Source of the DNA: Eledone cirrhosa
Taxonomy: Eukaryota
Direction of reading: 5' to 3'
Assembly (NCBI GenBank): GCA_964016885.1
Contig: OZ024741.1
Span: 293,818,001 to 293,882,000, forward strand
DNA: 64,000 bases
Below are positions 40,168 through 53,541 of the stretch, piece after piece. A program made the position numbers and the translations under genes. A model generated the notes under the pieces. It was not told where the DNA came from. It ran no database searches and saw nothing but the letters and a program-made list of their open reading frames with translations. Every line of letters begins with the position of its first letter. Positions within the stretch are counted from its first letter, which is position 1.

Positions 40168-40814
40168 TCAGATGCACACATATGTGCATGCCTGTCTCTG
40201 TGTATTTGTACTGATACTATTTAAAGCAAGCTCTGATATTCGTTTATGTCCTGCATAAACAATACCTACTGCAGTTTTGCAGTTAGCCAAAAGCCACTAG
40301 TATGTAGCATACTTCAAAATAAAGTATAAGTTTGTATCAGGTAGAACACCAAACTATAGAAAATCAGCCTCCAATAGCCTCGGCTAATTCTGGCCAGTAC
40401 TGGAAGGTAGATATATAAACTATAGTGAAGACAATGATGATAATGTATTATAATATAACATAACATGTGATATGATATAATAAATTAGCAAACTAAAGGT
40501 TAATATGTTAAGTGTTTAATTATGTTTCTTTAAAATTTCATCTATAAACCAGAAGGTTGTGTCATTGAAAATATAATCATCATAGATTAAGATATGTATC
40601 TTAATTTTCTTTATTTATTAATATTGTGTTGTTATTTTTTATTTATTTTTTTTGACTGCTGCAGAATTGGAATAGTTTTGTTTAATTAATCATGTAATTA
40701 AAGTGTGAAATAGTGAAAGCACACAGTCCTTATCTTGTTAACGATGTTCTTTAATTATGTAATTAAACTGTGAAGTAGTGTATGTGGGCAGACTTTCTAT
40801 TTTTAATTCTTAAT

Positions 40815-41220
40815 TTCCTGTACCACATGAAACCAGATTAGTAAGACATTCTTGAAGAGTACACAACAACATTGTGACTGCATCATCTTATCTCCCTGTA
40901 TGACATGAAACAGCACTAGTATGACATTCTTCAAAAGTATAAAACAACACTATGACTGTATCACCTTAACTCTTAACTCTCTGTACCACATGAAACCATA
41001 CTAGTAAGACATTCTTGAAAAGTACAAAACAACATTATGATTGCATCAAATTAATACTTAATGTCCCATACCACATGAAACAGCCTTAGCAAGACATTCT
41101 TGAAATGTACAAAACAGCTCTATGACTGCATTACATTAGCACATAATGTCCTGTACCATATGAAACAGCATTAGTAAGACATTCTTGAATAGTACAAAAC
41201 AACATGACTGCATCACATTA
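40815..41220. repeat. ~78-85-bp minisatellite, 5 units
   Basis: CTGTACCACATGAAACAGCA-TAGTAAGACATTCTTGAA-AGTACAAAACAACA-TATGACTGCATCA repeated from ~40817, 40895, 40980, 41065 and 41150. Confidence 0.85.
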
Positions 41221-43029
41221 AAAATTCAAGTCTTTACTTTTAGTTTACTGCAAATTTTCAAAATGATTTACCCACTATTAAAGATACTATAAACATTTGA
41301 ATAAATATGTTTTTTAGATATTTTCTTCTGAACCTTTAAGTTTAATCTTTTAGAAGTATTAACTATATTTTCAGAATGTAGATTTAGTATCAGGGTCAAA
41401 ATATAAAATACCTATCTAGTGTGGTAGGCTGGCAGACTCATTAGAACATGGTTTGCCTTGTTTTATTTGTTCCAACTCTCTTCATTTAGAGTTCAAATCC
41501 TATAAAGATCAACTTTGCTTTACATTCTTTTGGGGCTTATAAAATAAAGTCTGAATGGATTGGCAGAATTGTTAGATGGATACCTTATGGTATTTATTCT
41601 GATTCTTAACAAAACATCTAAGAATTAATATTTCTAGAGAAAATATAGCCAGTGTATGATTTCTAGTGTGTCGTCAGGGTTCATTTTTTTAAATTCTAAA
41701 GTAGTTTCTGTCTCTGTAGGGATGCCCTATACTATTTCTGCCAAGTGTATACACATAAGAAGTTTCATAGCTTCTATTTCTCCTATTGAAAATACTTAAG
41801 CCTTCATAATCGATAACTGACAACTTCTTTTGCAGGCATGTTTAGGGTAGATGATGTTAAGTCAAATGTTTTTTTTTCCTTTCCACCATTATGCATTGTT
41901 CTCTAACACATGGCTAACTTTGAGATTATTTTGTTCTCCAAATAGACATAATAATAACTGAGAATGAGAATGTTGAAGGAAAATGGCAGATTTGAATGCA
42001 TGTATTGCAACATTTGTGCTGATGGCTTTATGCATTAATAAATACAGAGTTGCATAGCAATGGCGTTTATGAATATATAACATGAAAGAAGCATATCATT
42101 ATGTGAAGTGGAGCCTTATCACTCTGAACAGTTTGGGAAATTGTCCAGTAGTTGGATTGATCTCCAAGTGTATACTTATCTTGTAGAATACTTAACAGAT
42201 AAAGAGGGAAAAATAATAATGATGTTCAAACAGAACCAGAAATGTTCAGAAATCTCTATGATATGTAAGATAGAGAAGAACTGAGATCAAATGTCAGCTT
42301 TTGATATTTTATTTGATGAAAGATCTTAGATAATGTATTGTGTCTGTATTAAATTTTATTCACTTGATATCTATAGTGTCTATTGGTCTCAAACTTTGGA
42401 AATAATTATTAGATGGAATGATTAAAAAAAGATATCTGGGTAACACCTGAAGAGGATTGTCATCTGATTATTATGAAATGTAATGCTGACCATTGCTTAC
42501 AAAGGATAGACAATTCTTTCTGACATAGCTAATTTATCTTATATGAATGTTCCTGAAGGAAGGATGTTGCTGGTGTTTTATGTCATTAAGTTGGTTTAAC
42601 TTGATGACATGAAACCCTGGAGATACTGAATATTTCCTGGATCTTATGAAAACAATTAACTGACATGAGTCACCTCATACTTATATGTAGGCATTGCTAA
42701 TGTTTGATAAGTTTGCATCACACTCATGAGGCTCTAATTTTGATCTGATATGTGGTGTTTTGGGCAAGTGTCTTCTACCATAACCTTAGATTGATCCAAG
42801 CCTTACAAATGAAAAAGAGTCAATGGAAACTCTTTTAAAACCTGTCAAATGAACTGTACCTAAAAATTGCATTTAGGGTGCACTTGTCTGGGAAATACTC
42901 ATGCTAATTTTAGGATTTGATGAAACAACTGATCAGTCAACTAAAACAGACATCATTAGAATCCAACAGAGATCCATTAAGATTAAGTCACCTGTTTTAC
43001 AAGATTTCAACATGAAGTTAATGTATTCC

Positions 43030-43410
43030 AACTCCTAGCAGCTATAGCTGTATCTATATTTAGTATGGTGATAAAATGTAGGCATTGACTACAGAGAATA
43101 TATACAAGCTGGAAATAAATAAAGTGAACACACTTGATGTGTAATGTTAGTGTCGATGAACAAAATAGAGATGAGTTGAGAAAAAAAATAGGTATCAATG
43201 AATTGGATGTTATGTGCAAGAGAGAAGAATATGTTGGTATAGCTTTGTGTGTATGTAATATGTGTGGGTGATGACAGTTGGGTTTGTGACAGGAGTTCCA
43301 AGTGGAAGATGAAGACCAACAAAAACATGAGCAAATTTTAGGGAAAGTTGATCTTAGGGTTCTGGATCTTATGAAGAATATGACAAATTATGCAACACAT
43401 GCTAAGATGT
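43030..43410 (+). mobile_element. Highly decayed RTE LINE 3' ORF remnant
   Basis: GAGTTGAGAAAAAAAATAGGTATC..GTGCAAGAGAGAAGA..GTTGGTAT..GATGACAGTTGG parallels 50560-50700. Confidence 0.55.
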
Positions 43411-46275
43411 GTTTTGAGGGTGGAATTTGAACTCAGCATGTAAAGAACTAGAACTGAATGTCACACAACATTTTATCCAGGACTTCTGTCATCTACTTTT
43501 TTTCAATTATTATTTCCAGCATTAGTAGACAGCAACTACATTGAGGGGAAGGGTTAGTCAATTAAATCCATCCCAATACTTGACTGGTACTTTCTAATAT
43601 CCAGCTATGGAAGGATGAAAGGCAAAGTTGACCTCAGCAGAGTTTGAAATCAAAACACAAACTATCAGAACTAATATTGACTACAATGCATTTTCTCCAA
43701 TGATCTAATGACTCACTGCCTTTATTTAATGTTATTACTATTATCACTATTATTATTGATAACACTATCATTATTATTGTGATTAACAATAATAATAAAG
43801 ATGATGGTAATATGGATAATATTTCCTTTCATAACTGAATTATCAACATATACATCTCACCCAATTTTTATTTGGAGTCATCAGTCAATATTTCTGTTTG
43901 ATGTATCACCTTTGACCTTTGATGCTTTTGTTGTTTTTTGTCTGCTATACATTGTACTATACCTCTGTATTTCCCAACCACTCATCTTCATCTCCTGCAA
44001 TACACTTTTATCTTTCTCTTCATTTTGTCACCTTTCTCTTTTCTCTATTATTTCATTTCTATTTCTTTTTTTTTCTCTTTTTCAGCACTCTCTCCTCCAA
44101 CTCTATAACCATTATCCTCCTCCTTGTTATTATTATTGTCTTCAGTGCCACCATTACCATCACCACCATCATCACCACCATCATCATCATCACCAATACC
44201 ATTTGCATCATCACCATCATATCTCCACTTATTCTTTTCTCCCTTTACTCCCTCACCTCTGTTTGCCTATTGTACTGCCTTTCTTCTTTAAGCCATCCTC
44301 TTCCCTCCACTATTCCTTCTACTACTCTCTCAACCACCACCAACACCAACCACCAACTAACCACCACCACCACCACCATATCTATATATGAAGTCGATAT
44401 TAAACTCAAGCCTGTCTCTCTTTATTGAGAGTTAATCTCAAACCAATATTGAAATATTTTAATTAATATAAAAATATTCAAGTTAAAACAAATAATCTAA
44501 ATAATCAATCAGATGATCTGATATATTCATATAGTTATTGAGATCAATAACTGTAATCTATTGACATTTTATCTATTTTTTTCTTTAGTCACCACTAAAG
44601 ACTTTGCTGTCATGTGATCATTGTTCCTGTGATCATTGATATAGGAGAGGTCACTGGAATATATTTTTCAAACACCGTTTAGGAAAGGTTATATATAGAT
44701 TTTTTAAGATGTGTAAATCAGCACTGTAATTAAGATAAAACAAACACTCATTCATCATGCAGTGTTCCCACTGCTTCTACCAGAAAGCTGTCTTTTTCAC
44801 ATTGTAATATACCTCTTCAATGTGTCAGTGTGGAGAACATCTACATGGTTGTTTGGTTCACATAGTCTAGTAACAGTGACATCCCTCAGCAAACATTTTA
44901 ATATGATAAATGTATGCGTGTTTATTTTTTAGTATATGTGTACATATATTTGTGTAAGGATGTGGGGAGAAAAAGTGTTTTTTAGCTTGGTTAGTTCTAC
45001 TACCATTTCCTTTTTGTTTGCAAAACATCAGATGGTTGTTGCCTCATGGTCCAATCAGATGCAATTTTGAATACGTCACCCTGGAGAAGAATAACATATG
45101 GCATCTTTCTCCAGGTCTGACAACAACTGATTGCCTCCAGGGCGATAAAGAGATAGGGAAGAATCAATTGCAGTGCTGGACTGGTATTTTAAATATCACA
45201 TCTAACAGGCTGAAATACAAAGTTGACCTTGGCAAAATTTGAAATCAGAATGCAGAGAACCAGAACAAATACTGCAAAGCAGTATATCCAATGCTCTTTC
45301 TTCTTCTTGAGTCATTCAATCAGAGCTTGATTTGATAGGGGACAAAGGGGGAAATTGACAAAGTTTAAGCTCCAGAGTTCTTGGTCAACTATTGCAGCTT
45401 GCAGATCCATTCATTTGAAGACTCTGCCATACTGTTACTTTATAAATTGTATATACTCATGTATAGTTGACACTGGTAGATAAGACACACCTTCATTTTA
45501 CATACAATATTTACAATGTACAATATATTTAGAATTATTGAGGTTTGTAGTTCCAGTAGATAAATCACATGCTTATTTTTCATGCCATATTTACATAGCA
45601 AAAGGGATTATTTACACATGGCTTTATTCCAAATACCAGCCAAAGCAACCCAGATTCTATGATAGAAAATTCTATATTCTAAATTATTTAAATTTATCAC
45701 CCACCACCACCACCACAAAAAAAAAAAAATTCTAAGGAAGTTTTATGTAAGAACCTTTAAGTTGTGTTTTGAACATCATGTTAATAATTAGAAAGTTTGT
45801 TATATTAATAAATTCCTCCAAAATATTAATTATTTTCCAAATTATTTGAAAATCTTGGTGTCTTTCTTTAGAAATATGACAACAAAAGGGTTATAACATC
45901 ATACCTATTTACAACTAGATGGCCAACACAGTACAATAAGAGGCATGCACATATAATCCTCTCTCTCATTCTTTTTCTTTCTTGCTCGCCATCTATCTAT
46001 CTCTCTTTTGCATTTGTATTGTTCATATTTGGCACTCATAGAATTTTTGGCAGCTTAGTATTAAAAAATGAACATTGTTTTAGAGTCTGTTAATCTCCGG
46101 ACTCATAATTCGGAGACACTAATCATAAAAATGAACAGATTAAATAATATAAAAATCTAAACAAGGCAAGAATTTTATAGAGAGAATTATTATTAGCCAA
46201 AGATATTACAAAGAAAAGAAATTCCACAAAAAATTATATCATCACCACCATCACCACCACCAGCATCATCATCAA

Positions 46276-46348
<73 letters not shown>

Positions 46349-46974
46349 TTTATTATCAATGATAGTGTTTGTGTTATAGTTGTTGATATGGATGGCATTC
46401 TTGTTGTTGTTGTTGTACTTGAAATAACTCTCTACAGCTGCTGTCTCTGACAACTTACATCCTTCAAAATTAACAACAAATATTTCTGAACTAAACTTAT
46501 GTTTTATGTAAAAGAGCTGCCATGTCCAGATCCCTTATATTTTGGTAAGGAAAGGAGCAGTGGTGGGTTGATGGCATGTGGAAGGGTTAATTGGTGAGGG
46601 ATGGTGGATGAGTTGGACAGATAGGTCCATATTTTTGTTGATTTCATGTGTGTGTGTGTGTGTGTGTATGTGTGTGTAGACATGGCTGTATGATTAAGTT
46701 TACTTTGCAGCCATATGATTTGAGGCTTGATCACATTTCATGGGACTGTGGACAAGTTATTTTCTACCATAGTCTCAGTGTGTGTGCTGTCTGTGTTATG
46801 TTCCATAAATTAGTGATTCAGGAAAAAGAGGGCTCTAGAATAAATCCCAGACTTGAAAAAATAGGCACAGTTGTCTATATTATCAGCTAAAAATCTTTTG
46901 AAGGTAGTGCACCAGTATGGTTGCAGTCTAATGGCTGAAATCAGTAAATTAACCTATTATTCTCTAACCAGTGT

Positions 46975-47640
46975 CATGGATTGGCAGTATCATTACAGCA
47001 TAAAAAAAAAAATGCTTTGCAACTTTTAGTTACATTCGAGTTCATATCCTACCAAGGTAAACTTTGCCTTTCATCCTTCTGAGAGTGATAAATTAAAGTA
47101 CCAATCATGCATTGGGGTAGATATAGTCAACTTACCTGACCCATAAATTGCTGGCCTGATGTCTAAATTAGAACTTATTATTATTCTCTGGCCGATGAAG
47201 GAGGCTAGTAACTTCAAAACAGAACTCAGAGAGCATAACCAATCATCAAACTCAGCATAGGAAATGGACAACAAATGATGATAATAACAATGGTTTCTGA
47301 TTTAGGCACAAGGCCAACAATTTGGGGGAAGGGGAGAGTTGATAAATCAACTGAGTTTATTAACGCTTTAAGGATGAAAGGCAAAGCTAACCTCAGCAGG
47401 ATTTGAACTCAGAACATAAAGGGATATAACTATATGCCACAAAGCAAGCCAAAAAACATTATTTGCTGCATAGAGTCACGTTCCTTTACATTCTAAGTTC
47501 ATATCCTGCTGAGGTTAGCTTTGCATTTCATCCTTATGGAGTCGATAAAATCAAATAACAGTAATGCACTCAGTTAATTTATGGACTTTCCTTTCCCCCA
47601 AAATTGCTGGTTTTCTTCCTAACTCAGAAACCAAAACTAT
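46975..47640. mobile_element. Cluster of older Deu/Nin-type SINE copies in both orientations
   Basis: TGGATTGGCAGTATC...TTTGCCTTTCATCC (+, 46975-47180); GGATGAAAGGCAAAG..TTTGAACTCAGAAC (-, ~47290-47440); + copy at 47470-47635. Other remnants lie near 22240-22440, 32385-32580, 41425-41550, 43520-43700 and 45190-45300. Confidence 0.7.
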
Positions 47641-47779
47641 TATTATTAACTGCCCTAAATCTTTAGGTTGTGCTTTATTTTAACATTTTCTCCACACGCA
47701 CACACACACCATCATCATCATCATCATCATAATTTTACGTCCGCTTTTCCATGCTTGCAAGGGTGGGATGGATCTTATT

Positions 47780-47818
<39 letters not shown>

Positions 47819-47858
47819 ACACACACACATATATATACATACACACACATATATATAA

Positions 47859-47903
<45 letters not shown>

Positions 47904-49018
47904 TATACATACGTACATAGGTGTGTATGTAGATTTATTATTCAAATCTATTGTTTTTTCAAAATCAGATTAGCAGTTGAAATGAAGACTTTTTTTCTCT
48001 CTCTGTAGTTAATAGCTTATTGTGATAAGCTTGGAAAATGTCCCCAATGTGATTCTGTGTCTTAATTTTTTCCTTTGTATTGATTCCAACTTATTATAAT
48101 CCGATCTAGAGAACGCTGTGAACTCCTCAAATTGCATGTTCATCTGTTTGGGCTTGAGAGCAAGGTGGCACTACTGTAAAAATAAAATTATTTGAAGATA
48201 TATTATATATATATATATATAGGCTACACTGAAAATAACAGTCATGGTTATTCTATTCAGGTCAAACTAGAGGGGTTTGTCTGGTGTGCCAATTGACATG
48301 TGCCTGTTATTTTAAGAGGGAGTTATTTTATTGTTATGTTACTTGTAAGTACATCATATACATTACATTTATATGCCCATATCCAATCCAATCCAGGGTC
48401 TTCTCACTCTTATTGGAGAAACCCCTCCTTGGTTGACCTCCATCATTAATACCTATGTTTCAGTGACTTGTCGAGATTGGGTCATTACAGAGAAGTAAGA
48501 GGAAAAATATGTAATGAAGGGCATCATTTTTATCAACTATTTTATAACTGACAGCAATTGGAGTTATTTTCTGAACTTTAGTTTTCTACATCTTATAAAT
48601 AAATTTTCCTCAACACATCATAAGTTCAAAAATTCGAGCCTCACACGTGACATTTATTATCATGTTTCTATTTATCTAAGAAGCTAATCTTATGAAAGAA
48701 TCTTTAAGTTCCAAATACCAGCTTAATAATCATAAAGTTATATAACTGAATCCTTCCAAATTATTCATTATTTTCAAAATTATTTGAAAATCATAGGCAG
48801 TGTCTTTCATTGAAAATATGGTAATGGAAGAGTTAAATAGAAGCCCTTTAAAAGGGTAGTTTTGTTTCATAGAAACAGGGAAGGTTGGCATCATGGCATC
48901 GGAAGAGTTTAACCCTTTCATAACCACATTTCTCATTAAATACTAGCCTATGATTTTCAGATAATTTTTGAAACAATCCAAAATTTAGTAATCTATCAAA
49001 TGACCATTATTAAACTGT

Positions 49019-49196
49019 GGATTGGCAGTATCAGTAGAGGGTCGGACGCCATGCTTTCCAGCATAGTTACATCCCTTTACGATCTGAGTTCAAATCCCGC
49101 CGAGGTTGACTTTGCCTTTCATCCTTACGGGGTCGATAAAATAAAGTACCAGTAATGCACTGGGTAATTGCTGGCCTTGTGCCTAAAGTAGAAACA
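49019..49196 (+). mobile_element. Young Deu/Nin-domain SINE with 13-bp TSD
   Basis: Near-identical to 15340-15525; ATTATTAAACTGT at 49006-49018 and 49197-49209. Confidence 0.88.
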
Positions 49197-50303
49197 ATTA
49201 TTAAACTGTTGTTTAGAATATAACTTAATATAGGTACCTAAATGAAAAACCATTATTAAGCTTGCATTTGGAATATAATTTAACAAAGTTTCATACATAG
49301 AATTATGATGGGAGGTATTTAGATAGAAATAAACAGCTTTGTTTCACAGAACCAGGAACAGTTTCAGACAGTTTAGTATCAAATGAGTTAAAGATTATCT
49401 CACACACATGCTATTAGTTAGACATAAAAAAAAACTCTCTTGTTAAGCTGAGAGTGAAGCTCTAGATAGTCATATAGTGTTTTAAAGTATTCATATTGTA
49501 AAACTTGTACATTAAAGAGAAAAATTATCTAAAATCTTTCCATCATAAAATTATGGTTGAAAGATTTTAGATAAATATAAACATTTTAAGATAAAGTTTT
49601 GTATCATAGAACATGGGACAGTTTCAGGAGGGTTTGTATCAAATGGGTTTTAAAAAATGATGTTACTTATGTGGTACATTATATCTGAGTAACAAGGAAA
49701 GTAGTAAAGTGTTGTGGTTGGGGTGCCTGTGATCAAAGGTTTAATACTGCTTCATGGTTGACTTGGGGCTAAACAACAATAACAGAAACAAGTAAATAAC
49801 AGGACATTTTATATAACTAGTAAGAAGCTGGTTCTGACTTGAATTTGTTCGTATAATTTTATTGATTTCAAATAAATAATTAATTGAAAATCTAATTAAG
49901 CTGAGTAAAAACTGCTAACAAGCTAGGTTGTATTTACTTCTACATCATCATCATCTGAAACAGCAATAACAACAACTACAAAATCATCATCACCATCAAC
50001 AGTAGAATCAGCAATCACAACAACAACTACATCATCATCATCATTAGCTTCAGCAGCAACAAAAACAATTTACCAGTTCTCATTAACAGGATGGCTAGTG
50101 TGATGTAAATGTATTTGCAATTTGTTTTCTCAAATTGTAACAGGTCTGTTCTTGTTGTTGTTATTGTTGGAGATGTAGTTAATTATTTGGATACATGTGT
50201 GTGTGTGCATATGTACAAACACACATATATCTGTTAGTGTGTATGTATATATATATGTATGTATGTATAATGTATATTTGTATATATATGTCTGTATACA
50301 TAC

Positions 50304-50370
<67 letters not shown>

Positions 50371-50373
<3 letters not shown>

Positions 50374-51153
50374 CTAGCTGCAAAAGGCTTCTCCCTCAGA
50401 ATGAAAGGCAGACTGTATGATGCGTGTATCCGAACAGCGATGTTGCATGGTAGTGAGACCTGGGCGCTGAAGGTGGAAGACTTACGTAGATTAGAGAGAA
50501 ACGAAGCCTGCATGCTCCGATGGATGTGTAACAGTAATATACGTGAACGACAAAGCATAAATGAATTGAGAGAGAGACTGAGCATAAGAGGAATCAAATG
50601 CTGCGTGCAGGAGAGGCGGTTACGCTGGTATGGACATGTGATGCGTATGAAGGATGACAGCTGCATAAAAAGGTGCAGAGCACTAGAAGTTGATGGAAAC
50701 CGCGGAGTGGGGAGACCCAAGATGACTTGGGATGAGGTGATAAAAGCCGACCTTACCCAACTACACCTCTCAAAGTCAATGACACACGACCGTGACTTCT
50801 GGCGTCACGCAGTAATACAGGGTACCCGACCTCCCATGGGTACATGCTGAAGCATATAAACAATATGCCCCCCCCCCCCACCGCAAGGTGGTCGTGGAGG
50901 TGCCACGGCAAAAAAGCACCCAGCCCACACTGTAAAGTGGACGTGTAGGCGCCACGAAAAAGCACCCAGCACTCACTGTAAATGAGGTTGGTGTTAGGAA
51001 GGGCATCCAGCTGTAGAAATCAAGCCAGATCAGTTCCTGTATGAGCAAGGCATGGTCAGCCGACCAGACACTGCCCACAACAGGACAACCCGTCTAACCC
51101 ATGCTAGCGTGGAAGAACGGACGTAAAACGGTGATGATGATGATGATGATGAT
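50371..51153 (+). mobile_element. 5'-truncated RTE LINE (C-terminal ~160 aa + 3' UTR)
   Basis: [43 protein letters not shown]; stop at 50850; (GAT)n tail; starts flush after (TA)n. Confidence 0.92.
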
Positions 51154-51172
51154 ATATATATATATATATATA

Positions 51173-51673
51173 TCATCATCATCATCATCATCAACGTTTA
51201 ACGTCCGTGTTCCACGCTTGCATGGGTTTGGACGGGGGTAGTCCCACTTGAGGCAAGAGTGATTGTCTTGCTCGCATAGGACTGTCTGGCAGGTTTTCTA
51301 CAGTTGGATGCCCTTCCTAACACCAACCACATTTACAGTGTGGGTCTGGGAGGTTTTTACCGTGTTGCCTACACGGCCACATTACAGCGTGGACTGTGTG
51401 TTTTTTTGTCGTGACACCTACACGATCTCATTTGTTTCGGCCTCGATGGCGCGGCACCAACATAACTTTACATAGAACGGGGTGGTGTGGATGGGGTGGG
51501 GGTGGTGGTGGTGGGACGGGGTGTATTTTGTTAGAGATGCCTACTGGCTGGAGTAGGTTTTACTATATATTTAGGTAAGGCGGGTCTTCTCTGTTACTGA
51601 GTACCGCCAAAGGTCTCGGTCCAGTGACATTGTCTTGGAGAGGTGTAAGTGTGTGATGTCGGAGTTTATCAGC

Positions 51674-51675
<2 letters not shown>
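51173..51675 (-). mobile_element. RTE LINE 3' end (second tail family), tail-to-tail with the preceding copy
   Basis: (CAT)n followed by the reverse complement of 26028-26468. A shorter copy of the same end lies at 55925-56025. Confidence 0.8.
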
Positions 51676-51704
<29 letters not shown>

Positions 51705-51976
51705 TATATATATATTATCAAATGAAATTGCAGGAGGCCAAATATGTTGAATTTCCTTAATTATTTATTTCTGCAAACATTATGCACATTTCTGTGGCTA
51801 GGTTGCGTAAGAACCTGGTGACATCTTCAGGTGGAAATTACGTAACAGATGTATACCAAGAGAATGATGATAAACCTTAAGGAAACAGGCAAAGAAAAAC
51901 CAAGAAGAAAAAAAGTGTGTTTATGTTTTTGACCCAGAGACAAATGAAGCAGCATGTTGTTATCATGCCTCGCTGT

Positions 51977-52059
<83 letters not shown>

Positions 52060-53032
52060 ATATATCAACATTATCATCATCATCGTTTTTACATTGACTT
52101 TTCCATGCTGCCATGAGTTGGATGGGACATTTTAAAGCAATGTTATATAGCTAGGTGCTCTTCCTGACACCAAAACTATTATTTGCTTCTTAGAACATGC
52201 AGAAATGCAATGAACCTATGCTAACCAATACATGCATGATGTATATTTGATAATAGATGTGAAGTTATGCCAGTGAATCCAGGACCAGAAATAAATATAT
52301 TTATCAGGCACATGATATATGTGATTATATGTATACTCAGAAAAAGCAAAAGGCATTATGAGATACATTTTTAGCAACTGCTGATTTCTTTTGTTTGTTT
52401 TGTTTTTTATTCTGAAGAATTGCTTAAAATTGAGAAACTCGGAATAGAAACAGAGTGATTCATCACCTTCAAACTTAGTAGTAAACCCAAATATATGTAA
52501 CTGAGTATGTTTATATAAAATTTATATATGAAGGCATGTGATTTAGTGGTTACAGAGTTGGGTTCTCAATCGTAACATTGTGAGTACAATTTCTGGCCCA
52601 GGTAATTGAGCATGATGCTTGATGCTTTATATAACATTGCTCCATCTGCCAGGAGTTGTGATTGGTTTGAACTGACAAGATCCACTCCCAATCAGTAAGC
52701 GAAGGAGGTCTGAAATCTTGTCGATCTGGATCATATAAAGTTCATACACTAAAACATGTATGTTGAATCATGTCCACTTTTATATGTTGGCATGGGTTGA
52801 ACACAAGAACATTGAGGCAAGTTTTCTTTGGCTGGTCTACTTTTCCTAATGCCAGTATTGTTTATTTGACATAAACTGTAGTAAAGTTTGGCAACATGAA
52901 GATACATAGCTAAACTGTGTATCTCACTATTTCTCTCTCACTCTCACACACACACAAATATTGAAGAGACAGAGAAAATGAGAAAAGGAATCCTAAACAG
53001 GTTTACATATATATGTGTGTGTGTGTGAGAGA

Positions 53033-53063
<31 letters not shown>

Positions 53064-53081
53064 TGTGTGTGTGTATGTGTC

Positions 53082-53114
<33 letters not shown>

Positions 53115-53122
<8 letters not shown>

Positions 53123-53477
53123 ATACTTGGGGAGGGTCATATTTGTGTAATATTGCCAGAATTAATAACAGAACACACTCACTGTTTGGTTGGTTTTCGC
53201 TTCTCACTGTCTTTTATATCGGTAATCTAACTTACTCGGTCCTCAATGTTGCCATTGACTGACCGACGGTCAGTCAATGGCAACATTGAGGACCGAGTAA
53301 GTTAGATTACCGATATTGACTGACCGTCGGTCAGTCAATGGCAACATTGAGGACCGAGTAAGTTAGATTACCGATATAAAAGACAGCGAGAAGCGAAACC
53401 AACCAAATAGTGAGTGTGTTCTGTTATTAATTCTGGCAATATTACACAAATATGACCCTCCCCAAGTATAACAATAT
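53115..53477. repeat. Long fold-back palindrome (~150-bp arms) with duplicated centre
   Basis: The left arm 53115-53265 is complementary to 53328-53477. The centre TTGACTGACCG-N-CGGTCAGTCAA occurs twice (loop bases at 53266 and 53327). Confidence 0.95.
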
Positions 53478-53541
53478 TTGTTTCGACACACGATTTCATA
53501 TAAAAAACCTCGCAAAACTAATTCATCGCCGCTATATATAT

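Noticed and set aside
53470-53505. Minus-strand hammerhead candidate (..GTCGAAACAAATATTGTT..)
   Set aside because: No CUGANGA core and no convincing stem II.
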